64,000 bases of DNA, from assembly GCA_965205945.1 (NCBI GenBank), contig CBDBIB010000001.1, forward strand, positions 593,929 through 657,928, given 5' to 3'. A program made the position numbers and the translations under genes. Positions within the stretch are counted from its first letter, which is position 1. Each line of letters begins with the position of its first letter. Shown in pieces: positions 43,341 to 54,793 of the stretch. Source of the DNA: Bdellovibrionales bacterium (GTDB lineage: Bacteria; Bdellovibrionota; Bdellovibrionia; Bdellovibrionales; UBA1609). The notes below the pieces were generated by a model. The model was not told the DNA's origin. It made no database searches and worked only from the letters and a program-made list of their open reading frames with translations.

Positions 43341-45311
43341 TTACCAAATTTTCACTCTATCTTTTTTAGCTAAAAACATTTTATCCCCAGTTTTACAAGA
43401 AAAAGCCTCCATAAATCCAACCTGATGCTTAACCTGTTCATTGACTCTTGCCTTAGGAAGTGAATGAGTATCTGTTTTAATTCTTAATTTTTTAGCCCCA
43501 GGAGTTGCAACGCTACACCATGAACGCCCATACTGTATAAAAAATTCCCTTTTCTTTTTAACATCACCTTCTCCCCTTGGAAAAGCTGCATTATATGAAG
43601 TTGTTAGGCCAACAAGATCGCCAATATTTTCCCCTAATGTAAGTCTACCATTATGACCTATTTTATCAAATTGAGCGACAAGCTTATCCCCCCTTTTCTT
43701 AAATTCATTTAAATCTTGTTTAGTCATCCAGGGTCTTAAACGACCTTTATAATCAAATTTAGAACCTTGATCATCTATACCATGACCAAGCTCATGACCT
43801 ATTACCATTCCAATTGCACCAAGGTTTATATGATCCTCTAAATTTTGATCGTAAAAAGGATACTGTAAAATCCCAACTGGCATTACAAATTTGTTTGCGC
43901 TTGAAGAATAGTAGGCATTCACCATTAACGGCCCCCAGCCCCAGGTTTTATTGCTTTTTTTCTTACTAAAACTTTTTATAGCTTTTTTATTCTCTAAACT
44001 TGTTCTAAGCTTTTTATTTGCTATATAATCTGTAGCAGAATAATCACCAGCAGGAACAAAATCCCATTCTTTTTTATTATTTGGTCTAACTACCTGCAAA
44101 AAAGCTTTCTTCATTTTATATTTAGCATTTTTTTTCCCCTCAAAACTTAACCATGTGTTTTTAGTAAGACTATCTTTTAAAGATTTTCTTATTTTACTAA
44201 CCAATTTTAAGAATTTCTTTTTAGAAAACTTCCCAAATAATTTTGAATACAGCTCATAATCAAGCTCTTTCATAAAAGAACTTTTAACATAATTAGTGCA
44301 TACTTCCTTAAGTTCAGGCCTTGTCTTTGGTCCTCCTAAAAATTTATTATTAAATGCAAATTTTTTCTTATAGTATTTAACATAACCATAATCCATTTCC
44401 TTAGATAAGGCCTGATATAAATAAACTGATTTTAACTGCTTAAGACTATACTTAGATAAAGCTTTTTTCATAAAATTATAGTTTTTAGGAATCATATTTC
44501 TAATTAAAGTTTTTTTAGGTATTTTGTTTAAAAAAGGTTCTAACTTAAATTCTGGATATTTAGATAACAACTCTTCTTTAGAGATCTTACTAGGCGTTGT
44601 CCAAATAACTCTCCACTCTTTTGGTGTTGGATATGTTTGATCAAATTCTTTTTCAAAAGAAATCACTAAATCCGCTCTAACTACAGCAGTATCCACATTA
44701 ATCTCTTTAAAAAACCTTATTAAAAGCTGCCTATAGTTTTTTATTAATTTCTTATTTTGATAATAACTTCTTTCTGGCAACCCTCTTAAATCTTGCACTA
44801 AAAACAAATCTTTCACTTTTGGATTCTGCTGATTGCTACCAGAACCAAAGTCTAAAAAAGCAAACTCACTTGTTCCTACTTTTGAACCTAAAAATTTTTG
44901 AAACTCATCATGCGTCTTAATCTTTAAAACTTCATCAACAACACGTTTAACTTCATTTTTTTCAGCTAAAGCCCTTGCCTGAGTGTTCATACATGCTGAA
45001 AAAATATCACTAAGTTCAACCTCACCTTTTGTTTTATTTTCTTGATTTAAAAGCCCTATTAAATATTTTTTTTTACTCTCCAACAACCGCTCTGCAGAAT
45101 CAGAAAAAGAAAATGTATGAGATGTCCTGTCATCTCTTAGTTTAAAAGACTCTCTAACCTTAGAACAGGTGTATTTATAAAAATCATCACAAGGATTTAC
45201 TTTTTTATTTACAAGAAACTCTCTACGCTCAGGAATCTTGCTTGATGGAACAACCCCAGCTCTTGCCAATAAGGATATAAATACAAATATAAAAAATACT
45301 ATTTGAATCAT
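43341..45311 (-). CDS. M13-family zinc metalloendopeptidase (neprilysin/PepO-like), exported
   Basis: VNPCDDFY, VNAYY, GHELGH, GENIGD. Confidence 0.93.
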   Translation of the reverse strand: MIQIVFFIFVFISLLARAGVVPSSKIPERREFLVNKKVNPCDDFYKYTCSKVRESFKLRDDRTSHTFSFSDSAERLLESKKKYLIGLLNQENKTKGEVELSDIFSACMNTQARALAEKNEVKRVVDEVLKIKTHDEFQKFLGSKVGTSEFAFLDFGSGSNQQNPKVKDLFLVQDLRGLPERSYYQNKKLIKNYRQLLIRFFKEINVDTAVVRADLVISFEKEFDQTYPTPKEWRVIWTTPSKISKEELLSKYPEFKLEPFLNKIPKKTLIRNMIPKNYNFMKKALSKYSLKQLKSVYLYQALSKEMDYGYVKYYKKKFAFNNKFLGGPKTRPELKEVCTNYVKSSFMKELDYELYSKLFGKFSKKKFLKLVSKIRKSLKDSLTKNTWLSFEGKKNAKYKMKKAFLQVVRPNNKKEWDFVPAGDYSATDYIANKKLRTSLENKKAIKSFSKKKSNKTWGWGPLMVNAYYSSSANKFVMPVGILQYPFYDQNLEDHINLGAIGMVIGHELGHGIDDQGSKFDYKGRLRPWMTKQDLNEFKKRGDKLVAQFDKIGHNGRLTLGENIGDLVGLTTSYNAAFPRGEGDVKKKREFFIQYGRSWCSVATPGAKKLRIKTDTHSLPKARVNEQVKHQVGFMEAFSCKTGDKMFLAKKDRVKIW

Positions 45312-45476
45312 TAAAACTCTCTCCTTTTTAACAAAAACACTACCCTAACAAAAGTTATTTCACAAAAACTTAACAAAAAAATATACCTTATCAGCCAACA
45401 ACAATTGCTCTAAAAACATACGTGGGTTTTTAATATAAAAAGCCCTTTATATAATTTGATCACAAACAACTAAAAT

Positions 45477-46592
45477 CTAGACTGTTCTTTGAGCACACCC
45501 CGTATACTCACTTAAAGGTCTAACTATTCTATTATCTAAAGCCTGCTCCATAATATGTGCTGACCAACCCGTAATTCTACTCATTACAAAAATTGGAGTA
45601 AACATATCAATTTCAAAACCCATCATATAATATGCCGGCCCTGCAGGAAAATCTAAATTTGGATAAATATTTTTTTTAGAAATCATGACATCTTCTAAAA
45701 CTTGAGAAATTTCAATCCATTTAGGTTCTCCCACAAAATCAGCCATTTTCTTAGCATATTTTTTCATTGTAGGAACCCTTGAGTCACCACTTTTATAAAC
45801 TCTGTGACCAAAACCCATCACTTTACGTTTTTGAACCAATGCTTTTTCCATCCACTCTTTAGCACTAGAAATTTCGCCTACTTCTTTTAAAACATACATA
45901 ACCTGCTCATTTGCCCCACCATGTAGTGGACCTTTAAGAGCACCAATTCCACCCACCACTGCAGAATAAATATCTGATGTTGTTGATGTGATCACACGTG
46001 CTGCAAAGGTTGATGCGTTAAAAGAATGTTCAGCATATAAAATCAAAGACACATCAAAAGCCTTAACAACTTCTGGGGCAGGAACCTCACCAAAACACAT
46101 TTTAAAAAAATTCTCAGATATACAAAGCGTCGGATCTGGAGCTAGGACACTTTTACCATGCTTAAGCCTATAAGATGCTGCAATCATTGTTGGAATTTTT
46201 GCAAGAAGCATTGTTGCCTTATCCATGTTTATTTTAACAGAATCATCCCAAGTTCTTTTGTCTTCAGATCCTAAAATACTCACGCCGGTTCTTAAAATAT
46301 CCATTGGATGAGCACTCATATTCATGGCCTTAAAAGCATTTAAAACTGCGTCAGGTATTGCTCTATATGATCTTTCTTTATCTTTAAATATCCTTAACTC
46401 TTCTTTAGTTGGCAACTCGCCCTTCCAAAGTAAAAAAGCCACATCCTCAAAAGTACATTTTTCAGCAAGATCTTGAACAGAATATCCACGATAAGTTAGT
46501 GAGTTTGTTTCCGGCATAACCTTTGATACCTTAGTCGTATCAATAACAACCCCTTCTAATCCTTTTTTCACATTCACTTGATGTTTAAACAT
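45477..46592 (-). CDS. prpC: 2-methylcitrate synthase
   Basis: EHSFNASTF, GPLHGGANE, GFGHRVY, YPNLDF; downstream of prpD-prpB. Confidence 0.9.
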   Translation of the reverse strand: MFKHQVNVKKGLEGVVIDTTKVSKVMPETNSLTYRGYSVQDLAEKCTFEDVAFLLWKGELPTKEELRIFKDKERSYRAIPDAVLNAFKAMNMSAHPMDILRTGVSILGSEDKRTWDDSVKINMDKATMLLAKIPTMIAASYRLKHGKSVLAPDPTLCISENFFKMCFGEVPAPEVVKAFDVSLILYAEHSFNASTFAARVITSTTSDIYSAVVGGIGALKGPLHGGANEQVMYVLKEVGEISSAKEWMEKALVQKRKVMGFGHRVYKSGDSRVPTMKKYAKKMADFVGEPKWIEISQVLEDVMISKKNIYPNLDFPAGPAYYMMGFEIDMFTPIFVMSRITGWSAHIMEQALDNRIVRPLSEYTGCAQRTV

Positions 46593-46609
46593 ACACCCCC
46601 TCCTTAATT

Positions 46610-47515
46610 CTAATTGTTGCTCTCTAAAGAAAAATTAAAAATTTCTTTATCAAATTTACTGTATTCTTCATATTCAACCAATTCATACAATCTTGATCTA
46701 CGCTGCATTTTATTAAGTAAATGCGTTTGAGTTCCTTTTTCTTTAATTTCTCTTAAAGAATTTTCAACATGATACATTGCAAGCCTTAAAGTTGTAACAG
46801 GATAAATCACCATATTATAACCTAAGCTTTCAAGCTGCTCTTTTGATAAGATCTTTGATTTTCCAAATTCTGTCATATTAGCTAAAAGGGGAACGTTAAT
46901 TGCTTTTCGAAAGGCTTTAAAATCTGATTCATCTTTCATAGCTTCTGGAAAAATCATATCAGCACCAGCCTTAACATAGGCTTTAGCTCTCGCAATAGCA
47001 GCCTCTAAGCCCTCACTTGCCCTAGCATCTGTTCTTGCTATTAGGATAAAATTAGAATCACGTTTTGCATCTGATGCTGCCTTAATCTTATAACACATTT
47101 TTTCAACAGAAATTAAAAGCTTATTGTCTAAATGACCACAGCGCTTAGGGTTTACTTGATCTTCAATATGACAACCTGAAATCCCTAAATCTTCTAACTC
47201 TTGAACGGTTCTAGCCACATTCATTGACTCACCAAAACCTGTATCAATATCGATTATAGTTGGAAGATTTGTAACTCTTGAAATCTGGCGACCTCGATTT
47301 AAAACTTCAGTTAATGTTGTTATTCCGATATCTGGATAACCTAAATCATTTGATAAAACAGCGCCTGAAATATACACACCATCAAAACCGATATCTTCAA
47401 TTAACTTAGCAACTAATGGGGAAAAAGCCCCTGGGTACCTTAAAAGTTTCCCAGAAGCTAGATTTTTTCGTAACTTTTTTCTTTTTTCTTCATGAGACAC
47501 TTTAGTGTTTAACAT
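46610..47515 (-). CDS. prpB: 2-methylisocitrate lyase
   Basis: IEDQVNPKRCGHL, ANMTEFGK. Confidence 0.95.
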   Translation of the reverse strand: MLNTKVSHEEKRKKLRKNLASGKLLRYPGAFSPLVAKLIEDIGFDGVYISGAVLSNDLGYPDIGITTLTEVLNRGRQISRVTNLPTIIDIDTGFGESMNVARTVQELEDLGISGCHIEDQVNPKRCGHLDNKLLISVEKMCYKIKAASDAKRDSNFILIARTDARASEGLEAAIARAKAYVKAGADMIFPEAMKDESDFKAFRKAINVPLLANMTEFGKSKILSKEQLESLGYNMVIYPVTTLRLAMYHVENSLREIKEKGTQTHLLNKMQRRSRLYELVEYEEYSKFDKEIFNFSLESNN

Positions 47516-49023
47516 TAAAAAATACCTCTTGCATCTCTTTTACAACTTACTAAGCTTTGTGGATCAAGCTCTACATTTAATTGCCTAAGTTCATCTGCGC
47601 TTAAATTTTCTAAGTTTTGAACTAAATCTAAAAACCTTTTTTGCTCTTTTAAAGAAACAACACCACTTGTTAAAGTTTTAAACTTACCAACGTACTCAGT
47701 TCTTGTAAAAGGTCTTGCTCCTGCTGGGTGAGCGTTGGCTAAAGCTTTCTCAGCCTCATAAACAGTTCCATCTTCCATGGTGATTACAGCCTTACCACCA
47801 AAAGCTTTTTTGTTTGGATCTGGATTATGGTAACGCTCAGTCCATTTAGCATCTTCAACAGTGCTCACTTTATGCCACAGCGCTACGGTTTCTGGGCGCT
47901 TTACTCTTTCAAAGGCATAGGAGTCCATATGATGCCAAATACCATCTTCTAAAGCCACTGCAAAAATATACATAATCGAGTGATCTAATGTTTCACGTGA
48001 AGCTTTAGGGTCCATTTTCTGTGGATCCCCAGAGCCTGTGCCAATGACATAATGTGTATGGTGACTTGTGTGAAGAACAATAGATTTCACTTTTGTAAGA
48101 TCTGGAATCTGTTTTCTCATATTAAAAGCCAAATCAATTAATGCTTGGGATTGATATTCAGCCGAATGCTCTTTAGTATACGTTTCTAAAATAGCTCGTT
48201 TAGCCTCACCTTTTTCTGGCAACATCACCTCATAAAAACCCTCTTTTCCATCAAGCATATAAGCAATGACTGAATCTTCACCTTCATAAATTGGAGAAGG
48301 GGCCCCTTCACCCCTCATAATTCTATCCACTGCCTCAACAGCTAACTTTCCAGAATGTGCGGGAGCATAAGCTTTCCAGCTAGAGATTTGACCTTTTCTA
48401 GATTGACGTGTTGAAAAAGAAACATGCACGGCTTGTTGAATAGCTTGATACACTCTTTCAATGGAAAGCCCTAACATAGTTCCAATTCCTGCAGCAGAGG
48501 CCGGACAAAGATGAGCAATGTGATCTTTTTTGTGCTTATGAAGACAAATACCTTTTACTAAATTTACTTGAACTTCGTAGGCTGTAGCTAATCCACGAAG
48601 TAAATCTTTACCATTTTTTTTCAACTTTTGAGCCGTTGCTAGTAATGGGGGAATATTATCGCCAGGATGAGAGTAATCTGCAGCCAAAAAAGTATCGTGC
48701 ATATCAAGCTCTCTTACAGCTGTGGCATTAGCCCAAGTAGCCCATTCAGGTGAAAAACCTTGATCATTTGCCATACCAAAAACTGTTGCACCACCTTTTA
48801 CCGGGTGACACAATGCCATACTTCTTGCGTTAGCAACAGGACCTCTATTGATTGCAGCCATTGCAACAGCAGCATTATCAATAATTCTGTTTATAATCAT
48901 ATTTTTTACAGTATTTTCAACAGCAACACTGTCTATAGCCATCTCAGATATTTTCCAAGCCAGCTCCTCTTTTCTTGGTAAAACCTCTTTTGAAGGATAA
49001 ACGCGAACCTTATGTACTTTCAT
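47515..49023 (-). CDS. prpD: 2-methylcitrate dehydratase (MmgE/PrpD family)
   Basis: [41 protein letters not shown] at 49023 after AAGGAG. Confidence 0.93.
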   Translation of the reverse strand: MKVHKVRVYPSKEVLPRKEELAWKISEMAIDSVAVENTVKNMIINRIIDNAAVAMAAINRGPVANARSMALCHPVKGGATVFGMANDQGFSPEWATWANATAVRELDMHDTFLAADYSHPGDNIPPLLATAQKLKKNGKDLLRGLATAYEVQVNLVKGICLHKHKKDHIAHLCPASAAGIGTMLGLSIERVYQAIQQAVHVSFSTRQSRKGQISSWKAYAPAHSGKLAVEAVDRIMRGEGAPSPIYEGEDSVIAYMLDGKEGFYEVMLPEKGEAKRAILETYTKEHSAEYQSQALIDLAFNMRKQIPDLTKVKSIVLHTSHHTHYVIGTGSGDPQKMDPKASRETLDHSIMYIFAVALEDGIWHHMDSYAFERVKRPETVALWHKVSTVEDAKWTERYHNPDPNKKAFGGKAVITMEDGTVYEAEKALANAHPAGARPFTRTEYVGKFKTLTSGVVSLKEQKRFLDLVQNLENLSADELRQLNVELDPQSLVSCKRDARGIF

Positions 49024-49324
49024 ATGAGTAAATCTCCTTGCTTTAGTCCTTTTAGCCCTCATGAATAAAAAATGTCACTATGCACAGGGAAATAAACTTT
49101 GTTAAATACACTAGCTCACCTTTTAAGCTGAAACCGACGGCATAATATACATAAACTATTAGCTTTATTAAAGTTTTTTACTACAAGAATAATTTTAACA
49201 GCACCTAAAACTAAGCTGTTCGTAACCTAAAAAATAGTAGAAAAACTACATTATAATACACGACAGCAAGAGCTTTGAGGGTAAAAATTTATACTCAAGT
49301 TAACTAAAATTAAAAACATTCTTC

Positions 49325-50563
49325 TTACTTATTTTTCTTCCTACATTTTTTCCCAAAAACTTTAGCCTCTTCAATAGCAAGCATCTTAGAAAGATCCATA
49401 TCCTCTAAGTTAAAAGATTTCATCTTTTCTTTAAAAATATCTTTGGCTTTTAATTCAGGAATTTTAGTTTGAATAAACTCTTGAATATCTAATAGTTTTT
49501 TAACTTCTTTCGTACTGTAAAATGAAATGGCATCACCCTTTGCAAAGCCTCTTCCTGTGCGACCAATTCTGTGTACATAGTTTTCTGCATCATCAGGAAG
49601 ATCGTAATTGATAACATGAGTAATTCCTGGAAGATGAATCCCCCTAGCACTTATATCCGTTGCAATAAGAACACCTTTTGTAGAACTTTTAAAAAATTCA
49701 AGATTTTTCTCCCTATCTTTTTGCTCCATTCCACCATGTATGTTCACAGCATAAATCTCATTGGCTATTAGATGTTTAAGAACTCGCTCAACTCGAACCT
49801 GTGTTCTTACAAAGATAATTATTTTTGAATCAATAATTTCTTTAATAAAATTAACAAGTAAATATCTTTTCTCATCCATTTCAACCTTAGTGACAAAATG
49901 AGATATATTTTGTGAAACTAAGTTCTCTGGAGAAACTTGAATACGCATTGCATTTGAATTTATTTGTGAATACGCTAGTTTCTTAATCTTAGGGTTGATG
50001 GTAGCTGAGAAAAAAAGTGTTTGATGACGATTTGGAAGTTCCATTTTAATATTCTTAATATCTTTAATAAAACCAAGATCAAGCATATGATCGGCTTCAT
50101 CTAAAACAAGAGTTCTTGTTCTTAAAACACTGATAAAACCTTGTGAGATGAGATCAAACATTCTTCCTGGAGTAGCAATAAGAATATCAACCCCTCCTAC
50201 AAGCTGTTTGATTTGAGGATCTTGATCCACACCTCCATAGATAGCATAACTTGTAACCTTAGTGTTCTTAGAAAGCTGAGAAAAAATCTTTCCTATTTGT
50301 TTTGCCAATTCTCTTGTTGGAACAAGCACTAAACACTTTGTATCTTTAATTTTAGATTTAAATCTTTTTTGTTGTAAATCATTAATTATAGGAATAGCAA
50401 AGGCTGCAGTTTTCCCAGTACCTGTTTGTGCAATGGCGAGCACATCCTCACCGTTCATTATAGAAGGAATCACTTTAAACTGAATGTCTGTTGTGCGGTG
50501 AAAACCTATAGCCAAAAGATTTTCTTTAAGTTCATCTGAAATACTATATTTTTCAAATTTCAT
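49325..50563 (-). CDS. DEAD-box RNA helicase (RhlE-like)
   Basis: AQTGTGKT, PTRELA, TPGR, DEAD, SAT, HRIGRTGR. Confidence 0.95.
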   Translation of the reverse strand: MKFEKYSISDELKENLLAIGFHRTTDIQFKVIPSIMNGEDVLAIAQTGTGKTAAFAIPIINDLQQKRFKSKIKDTKCLVLVPTRELAKQIGKIFSQLSKNTKVTSYAIYGGVDQDPQIKQLVGGVDILIATPGRMFDLISQGFISVLRTRTLVLDEADHMLDLGFIKDIKNIKMELPNRHQTLFFSATINPKIKKLAYSQINSNAMRIQVSPENLVSQNISHFVTKVEMDEKRYLLVNFIKEIIDSKIIIFVRTQVRVERVLKHLIANEIYAVNIHGGMEQKDREKNLEFFKSSTKGVLIATDISARGIHLPGITHVINYDLPDDAENYVHRIGRTGRGFAKGDAISFYSTKEVKKLLDIQEFIQTKIPELKAKDIFKEKMKSFNLEDMDLSKMLAIEEAKVFGKKCRKKNK

Positions 50564-50951
50564 ACTAAAGGTTCCACAAAAATACTAGATAGTTTAAGTT
50601 ATACAATTAAATCCAAAAAAAAAGAAAGCATAAAAAAATAGAATATAAAGTGTTAAGCTTAAAAAACAAATTATGAATCTGGCAAGTAAAATTAATATTA
50701 AAACGGTTTTATCCTAATCTTAAGGTGAATTTAACTGCTTTAATAAGATGAAAAACCTCAACATTAAATTCCTAAATCTAGAAAAAAATTAACTCTCTAA
50801 TCCTATTGGTGCATCTGTAATTTAAATACCTGATAAAAGAAAAATCTATAAATAAAAAAACCTCGCTAAACCAGATTTTAAAAAGCCTTTCTCAGCTCAA
50901 ATTAAGTAAAAAAATTATAATAGCTCTGCCTCAAGGTGATAAACACCACAA

Positions 50952-51150
50952 AACCCAAGCGAACTTGTAAGGTTACAGAATTATGAGACATAGGGCGGGA
51001 AAGTTTTTAAGAAATATTTGATAATGCATACAACTTAACTCTTGTTAATGGTGGCTCAACTAGACATGTTATTACTATGGACAGTATGTTTTCTTATGTA
51101 GCTAAAGCTAACCCTAACATCTCTGACTGGGATACTTCTAAGATTACTAA
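50952..51150 (+). pseudogene. Decayed fragment of a DUF285/BspA-type surface-repeat gene
   Basis: Frame from 50972 reads VTEL*DIGRESF*EIFDNAYNLTLVNGGSTRHVITMDSMFSYVAKANPNISDWDTSKIT, with two in-frame stops. Confidence 0.65.
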
Positions 51151-51465
51151 AAAAATGACTATTCCAGGTTTTAATAGGATTTTATGTAGACCTGCTTTAT
51201 ACTGACAATAAGATAAAGAAGAGAGAAAAAAGTAAATTTATGTGAATTAATTCATCATTAATAACGCCGAAATAGATTTAGAGTCCCTCCAAATTTAAGA
51301 ATAATTTTTCTTAAGGGGGTCTCTGTAATATCCAATAAATTTTTTTGTGTTTTTACGTTCTTAACAAGTTTCTTACCTATTTCTTCTACTTACTCCTTAG
51401 GATGCTTAATCCTAGTTTACTGTTAAACAGTTACACAATTTATAGACCCTTTATCTTTTTTATTA

Positions 51466-53367
51466 TCAAGAGTCACTTTTAAACTTTTTAACCAAAACAC
51501 TCACTATCTCAGGATTTAACAACGTAGATGTGTCACCAAATTCAATTTCACCATTTACGATTTTACGAATAATTCTTCTCATAATCTTACCTGATCTTGT
51601 TTTTGGAAGCTCTGGAACCTGAATAATTCTACTAAGCTTACAAATAGCTCCCATCTCTCTTACAATCAATGCGTTTACTTGTGCTAACAACTCACTATTT
51701 TTTTTTACAAAATTCCCTACTACAAAAGCTATCAAACACTGACCCTTAATATTATGAAAAGCTCCTACAACGCAAGCCTCTATAATCAATCCATAATCTG
51801 TAATTATATCCTCAACTTCAGCTGTACCTATACGATGGCCTGAAACATTTACCACATCATCTACTCTACCAATAATTTTATAAAAACCACTTTCATCCCT
51901 TTTTGCCCCATCCCCTGTGAAGTAATAATTCTTATGTGTTGAAAAATAAGTTTGAATAAATCTTTTATGATCACCAAAAATAGTTCTCGCCATTCCCGGC
52001 CAAGGACGATCAATGCACAAATGCCCCTCTTGAGTGCCTGTTAAAACATTACTCTTTTCATCTAAAATTACAAGATGCACCCCAGGAAGCGGACTTGTTG
52101 CGCAACTTACCTTCTCAACCGTCACTCCAGCAAGGTTAGATATCATCACACCACCTGTTTCTGTTTGCCACCACGTATCTACTATTGGACATTTTCCCTT
52201 TCCGATCTCTTTTTTATACCACTGCCATGCCTCTTCATTAATAGGCTCTCCAACAGACCCTAAAACTTTTAAAGAATCTAAAGAAAATGGCTCCACAAAA
52301 GAATTACCACAAGCCTGAAGGGCTCTAATTGCAGTGGGCGCTGTATAAAAATGTGTAACTTTATACTTATCAATAGTTTTCCAAAACCTTCCAGCGTCAG
52401 GCCATGTAGGAACACCTTCAAAAACCACCTGAGTTACTCCACTAAGCATAGGTCCATAGACCATATAAGAATGTCCCGTAATCCATCCAACATCAGCAGT
52501 GCACCAAAAAATATCCTCTTGCATATTCATTTGAAAAACATTTTTAAATGTTTCATTAGCCCATACCATATACCCTGCAACCGTATGAACCAGCCCCTTA
52601 GGCTTACCTGTTGAACCTGATGTATATAAAACAAATAAAAAATCTTCAGCACCCATAGGTTCTGCAGGATAAGCCTGCGTTTGTGTATTTATAATATCAT
52701 GAAAATAATAGTCTTGATCTTTTACCATTGAAATTTCTTCTCTTGAATGTTGCCAGACTAAAACTTTAATTTTAATCAATGACTCTTTTACAGCTTCATC
52801 AACAGTTTTTTTAATTGGTATAAGCTTATCTCCTCTATACCCTGAATCGTTAGTAATTATAAAGTCTGCGTTACAGTCTTTTATACGATCCCTTAATGCT
52901 TTTGCTGAAAAGCCACCAAAAACCACAGAGTGCACAGCACCTATTCTTGCACAGGCTAACACTGAAAAAATAAGTTCAGGAATCATCGACATGTATAAAC
53001 AAACCACATCACCTTTTTTAATCCCTTGATTAACCAAAGCTTCTGAAATTTGACAAACTCTCCTATGAACCTGTTTATATGTGTATACTTTTTGTGTATC
53101 TTTAGGATTATTTGGTTCAAAAATTAAAGCTTTCTTATCAGGATAAAGATCCACATGCCTGTCTAAAACATTTTCTGTTATATTTAAGACACCATCTTCA
53201 AACCATTTCATGTCTACATTTTTAAAACCTCCAGATTGAATAATCTCTGGAGCTTTATGCCATCTATATTTTTTTACTATTTTAGCCCAGTATTCCTTCG
53301 GGTTTTTAATTGCGCTTATGTAGGCACTATTATAGTCATTTTGTGTTTTAATCAACATACCACACAC
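51466..53367 (-). CDS. acs: Acetyl-CoA synthetase
   Basis: LYTSGSTGKPKG, DTWWQTETGG, PKTRSGKIMRR. Confidence 0.95.
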   Translation of the reverse strand: MCGMLIKTQNDYNSAYISAIKNPKEYWAKIVKKYRWHKAPEIIQSGGFKNVDMKWFEDGVLNITENVLDRHVDLYPDKKALIFEPNNPKDTQKVYTYKQVHRRVCQISEALVNQGIKKGDVVCLYMSMIPELIFSVLACARIGAVHSVVFGGFSAKALRDRIKDCNADFIITNDSGYRGDKLIPIKKTVDEAVKESLIKIKVLVWQHSREEISMVKDQDYYFHDIINTQTQAYPAEPMGAEDFLFVLYTSGSTGKPKGLVHTVAGYMVWANETFKNVFQMNMQEDIFWCTADVGWITGHSYMVYGPMLSGVTQVVFEGVPTWPDAGRFWKTIDKYKVTHFYTAPTAIRALQACGNSFVEPFSLDSLKVLGSVGEPINEEAWQWYKKEIGKGKCPIVDTWWQTETGGVMISNLAGVTVEKVSCATSPLPGVHLVILDEKSNVLTGTQEGHLCIDRPWPGMARTIFGDHKRFIQTYFSTHKNYYFTGDGAKRDESGFYKIIGRVDDVVNVSGHRIGTAEVEDIITDYGLIIEACVVGAFHNIKGQCLIAFVVGNFVKKNSELLAQVNALIVREMGAICKLSRIIQVPELPKTRSGKIMRRIIRKIVNGEIEFGDTSTLLNPEIVSVLVKKFKSDS

Positions 53368-53547
53368 CCTATCTTTAAAATCGCTTTAACTCTTTATGCC
53401 CACATACATTAAAAGCACTACACATAAAATATATCAATCTAATTTGCGAAAATCTTTAAGAATCTTCCATATTATTTTCTCTAAAAAAACTTTAAAGATT
53501 TTTAAAAATGTGATATAAAAAAAATACTATTCACTATAAAAATAAAA

Positions 53548-53802
53548 TTATTTCTTATTTAACACATTCCATTCTCTCCATGAGCTTATATTTTTAATAT
53601 TTATATAGCCTTTAGTTTCTAAGTACTCTTTAACCCGACCAGATCTACGACCACTTTCACAAAATACTAAAATTTCTGATTCTTTTATAGGAAATTTTTC
53701 TTCAAATTTTGTAACGACTTCCTCCATATCAATATGAACGCTCCCCGGAGCAGGGTTTTCTTTAATTTCTAAAAGCGTTCTAACATCAACCCCAACACTC
53801 AC
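53548..53802 (-). CDS. Single-domain rhodanese
   Basis: VDVRT..E, VFCESGRRS; AAGGAG upstream. Confidence 0.8.
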   Translation of the reverse strand: MSVGVDVRTLLEIKENPAPGSVHIDMEEVVTKFEEKFPIKESEILVFCESGRRSGRVKEYLETKGYINIKNISSWREWNVLNKK

Positions 53803-53905
53803 TCAAACTCCTTTAAAGACATCATAGTTTTTTATTCTTATGCAATTAAAAATTATCTTTAAAACTTAATTTTTTCAAACTAAACTTCTAAATTTAAAAA
53901 CTTCA

Positions 53906-54406
53906 TTATACAGTAGATAAATATATTAGCATTCCAGCCATAACAACATTTTCAAACAAACTCACCGCTCCTAATGGAACATCAATCTTAGAGCCCATAC
54001 AAGCACATGAAAAGCTTCTTTTTTTTATAAACTTTTGATAAACTATACCCGTTCCAGTTAAAAAAAGAACACCCGCTGAAATCACATTTATCTGATTAAT
54101 TCTAAGATTTGCTAACAAATAAAAACCCAAACCTAATTCAAAAAAAGGATAAATGTAGCCTATGGGATTAAAAACTTTAGTTAAGGGATCATAATTTTTA
54201 AACCCTTGCACAAAACCTTTTAAATCAATTAATTTTAAAAAAGCTAGGAAAATAAAGCTGCAGCCCATAAATAAACCCATAGAAAAAGACTTTGAAAGTA
54301 ACAGCGACATCATTAAAGACAACAACACAATAATAAAAAGTGGAAAATATTTTTTAATACTCAAGTTCTTTTTTTTATTTTCTTTTAATTTACAGCATTC
54401 TTTCAT
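53906..54406 (-). CDS. MauE/DoxX-like metal-associated membrane protein
   Basis: MKECC, YDPL, YPFFELGLG, SCACMG, ENVVM. Confidence 0.75.
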   Translation of the reverse strand: MKECCKLKENKKKNLSIKKYFPLFIIVLLSLMMSLLLSKSFSMGLFMGCSFIFLAFLKLIDLKGFVQGFKNYDPLTKVFNPIGYIYPFFELGLGFYLLANLRINQINVISAGVLFLTGTGIVYQKFIKKRSFSCACMGSKIDVPLGAVSLFENVVMAGMLIYLSTV

Positions 54407-54416
54407 TTTTAACCCT

Positions 54417-54791
54417 TTAAACAAAAATCTTAACTGCTAAATAAGAAAAAAAGAAACCTATTACCCATAACGCTGCTGCAACAAACACCATAATTGTAGA
54501 TATTTTTCTACCTGTTGCACAAGCTCTAGCCTCATTGGGATCTAAAGGGCATAATGTATTTTGATTCAAGTACAACATAAACGCTGAAACTAATATTAAA
54601 CCTCCAGAAACCAAAAAAACTAAACTCTTGTATTCTGAAAACCAAGTAATTTGTGGAAAAACACCTATTAGCCCTGCAAATGAAGCTCCAAATCCTAAAA
54701 AAACTAAGAATGTTGGCAAAGCACAACAAAAAATAGTTCCTACTGAAGCAAATAAACTTAAATAAGAAACCAAAAGGCTTTTATTTTTCAT
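54417..54791 (-). CDS. MerT/MerC-like small metal transporter
   Basis: TIFCCALP in TM1, CP....C loop, 3-4 TMs. Confidence 0.75.
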   Translation of the reverse strand: MKNKSLLVSYLSLFASVGTIFCCALPTFLVFLGFGASFAGLIGVFPQITWFSEYKSLVFLVSGGLILVSAFMLYLNQNTLCPLDPNEARACATGRKISTIMVFVAAALWVIGFFFSYLAVKIFV

Positions 54792-54793
54792 TT

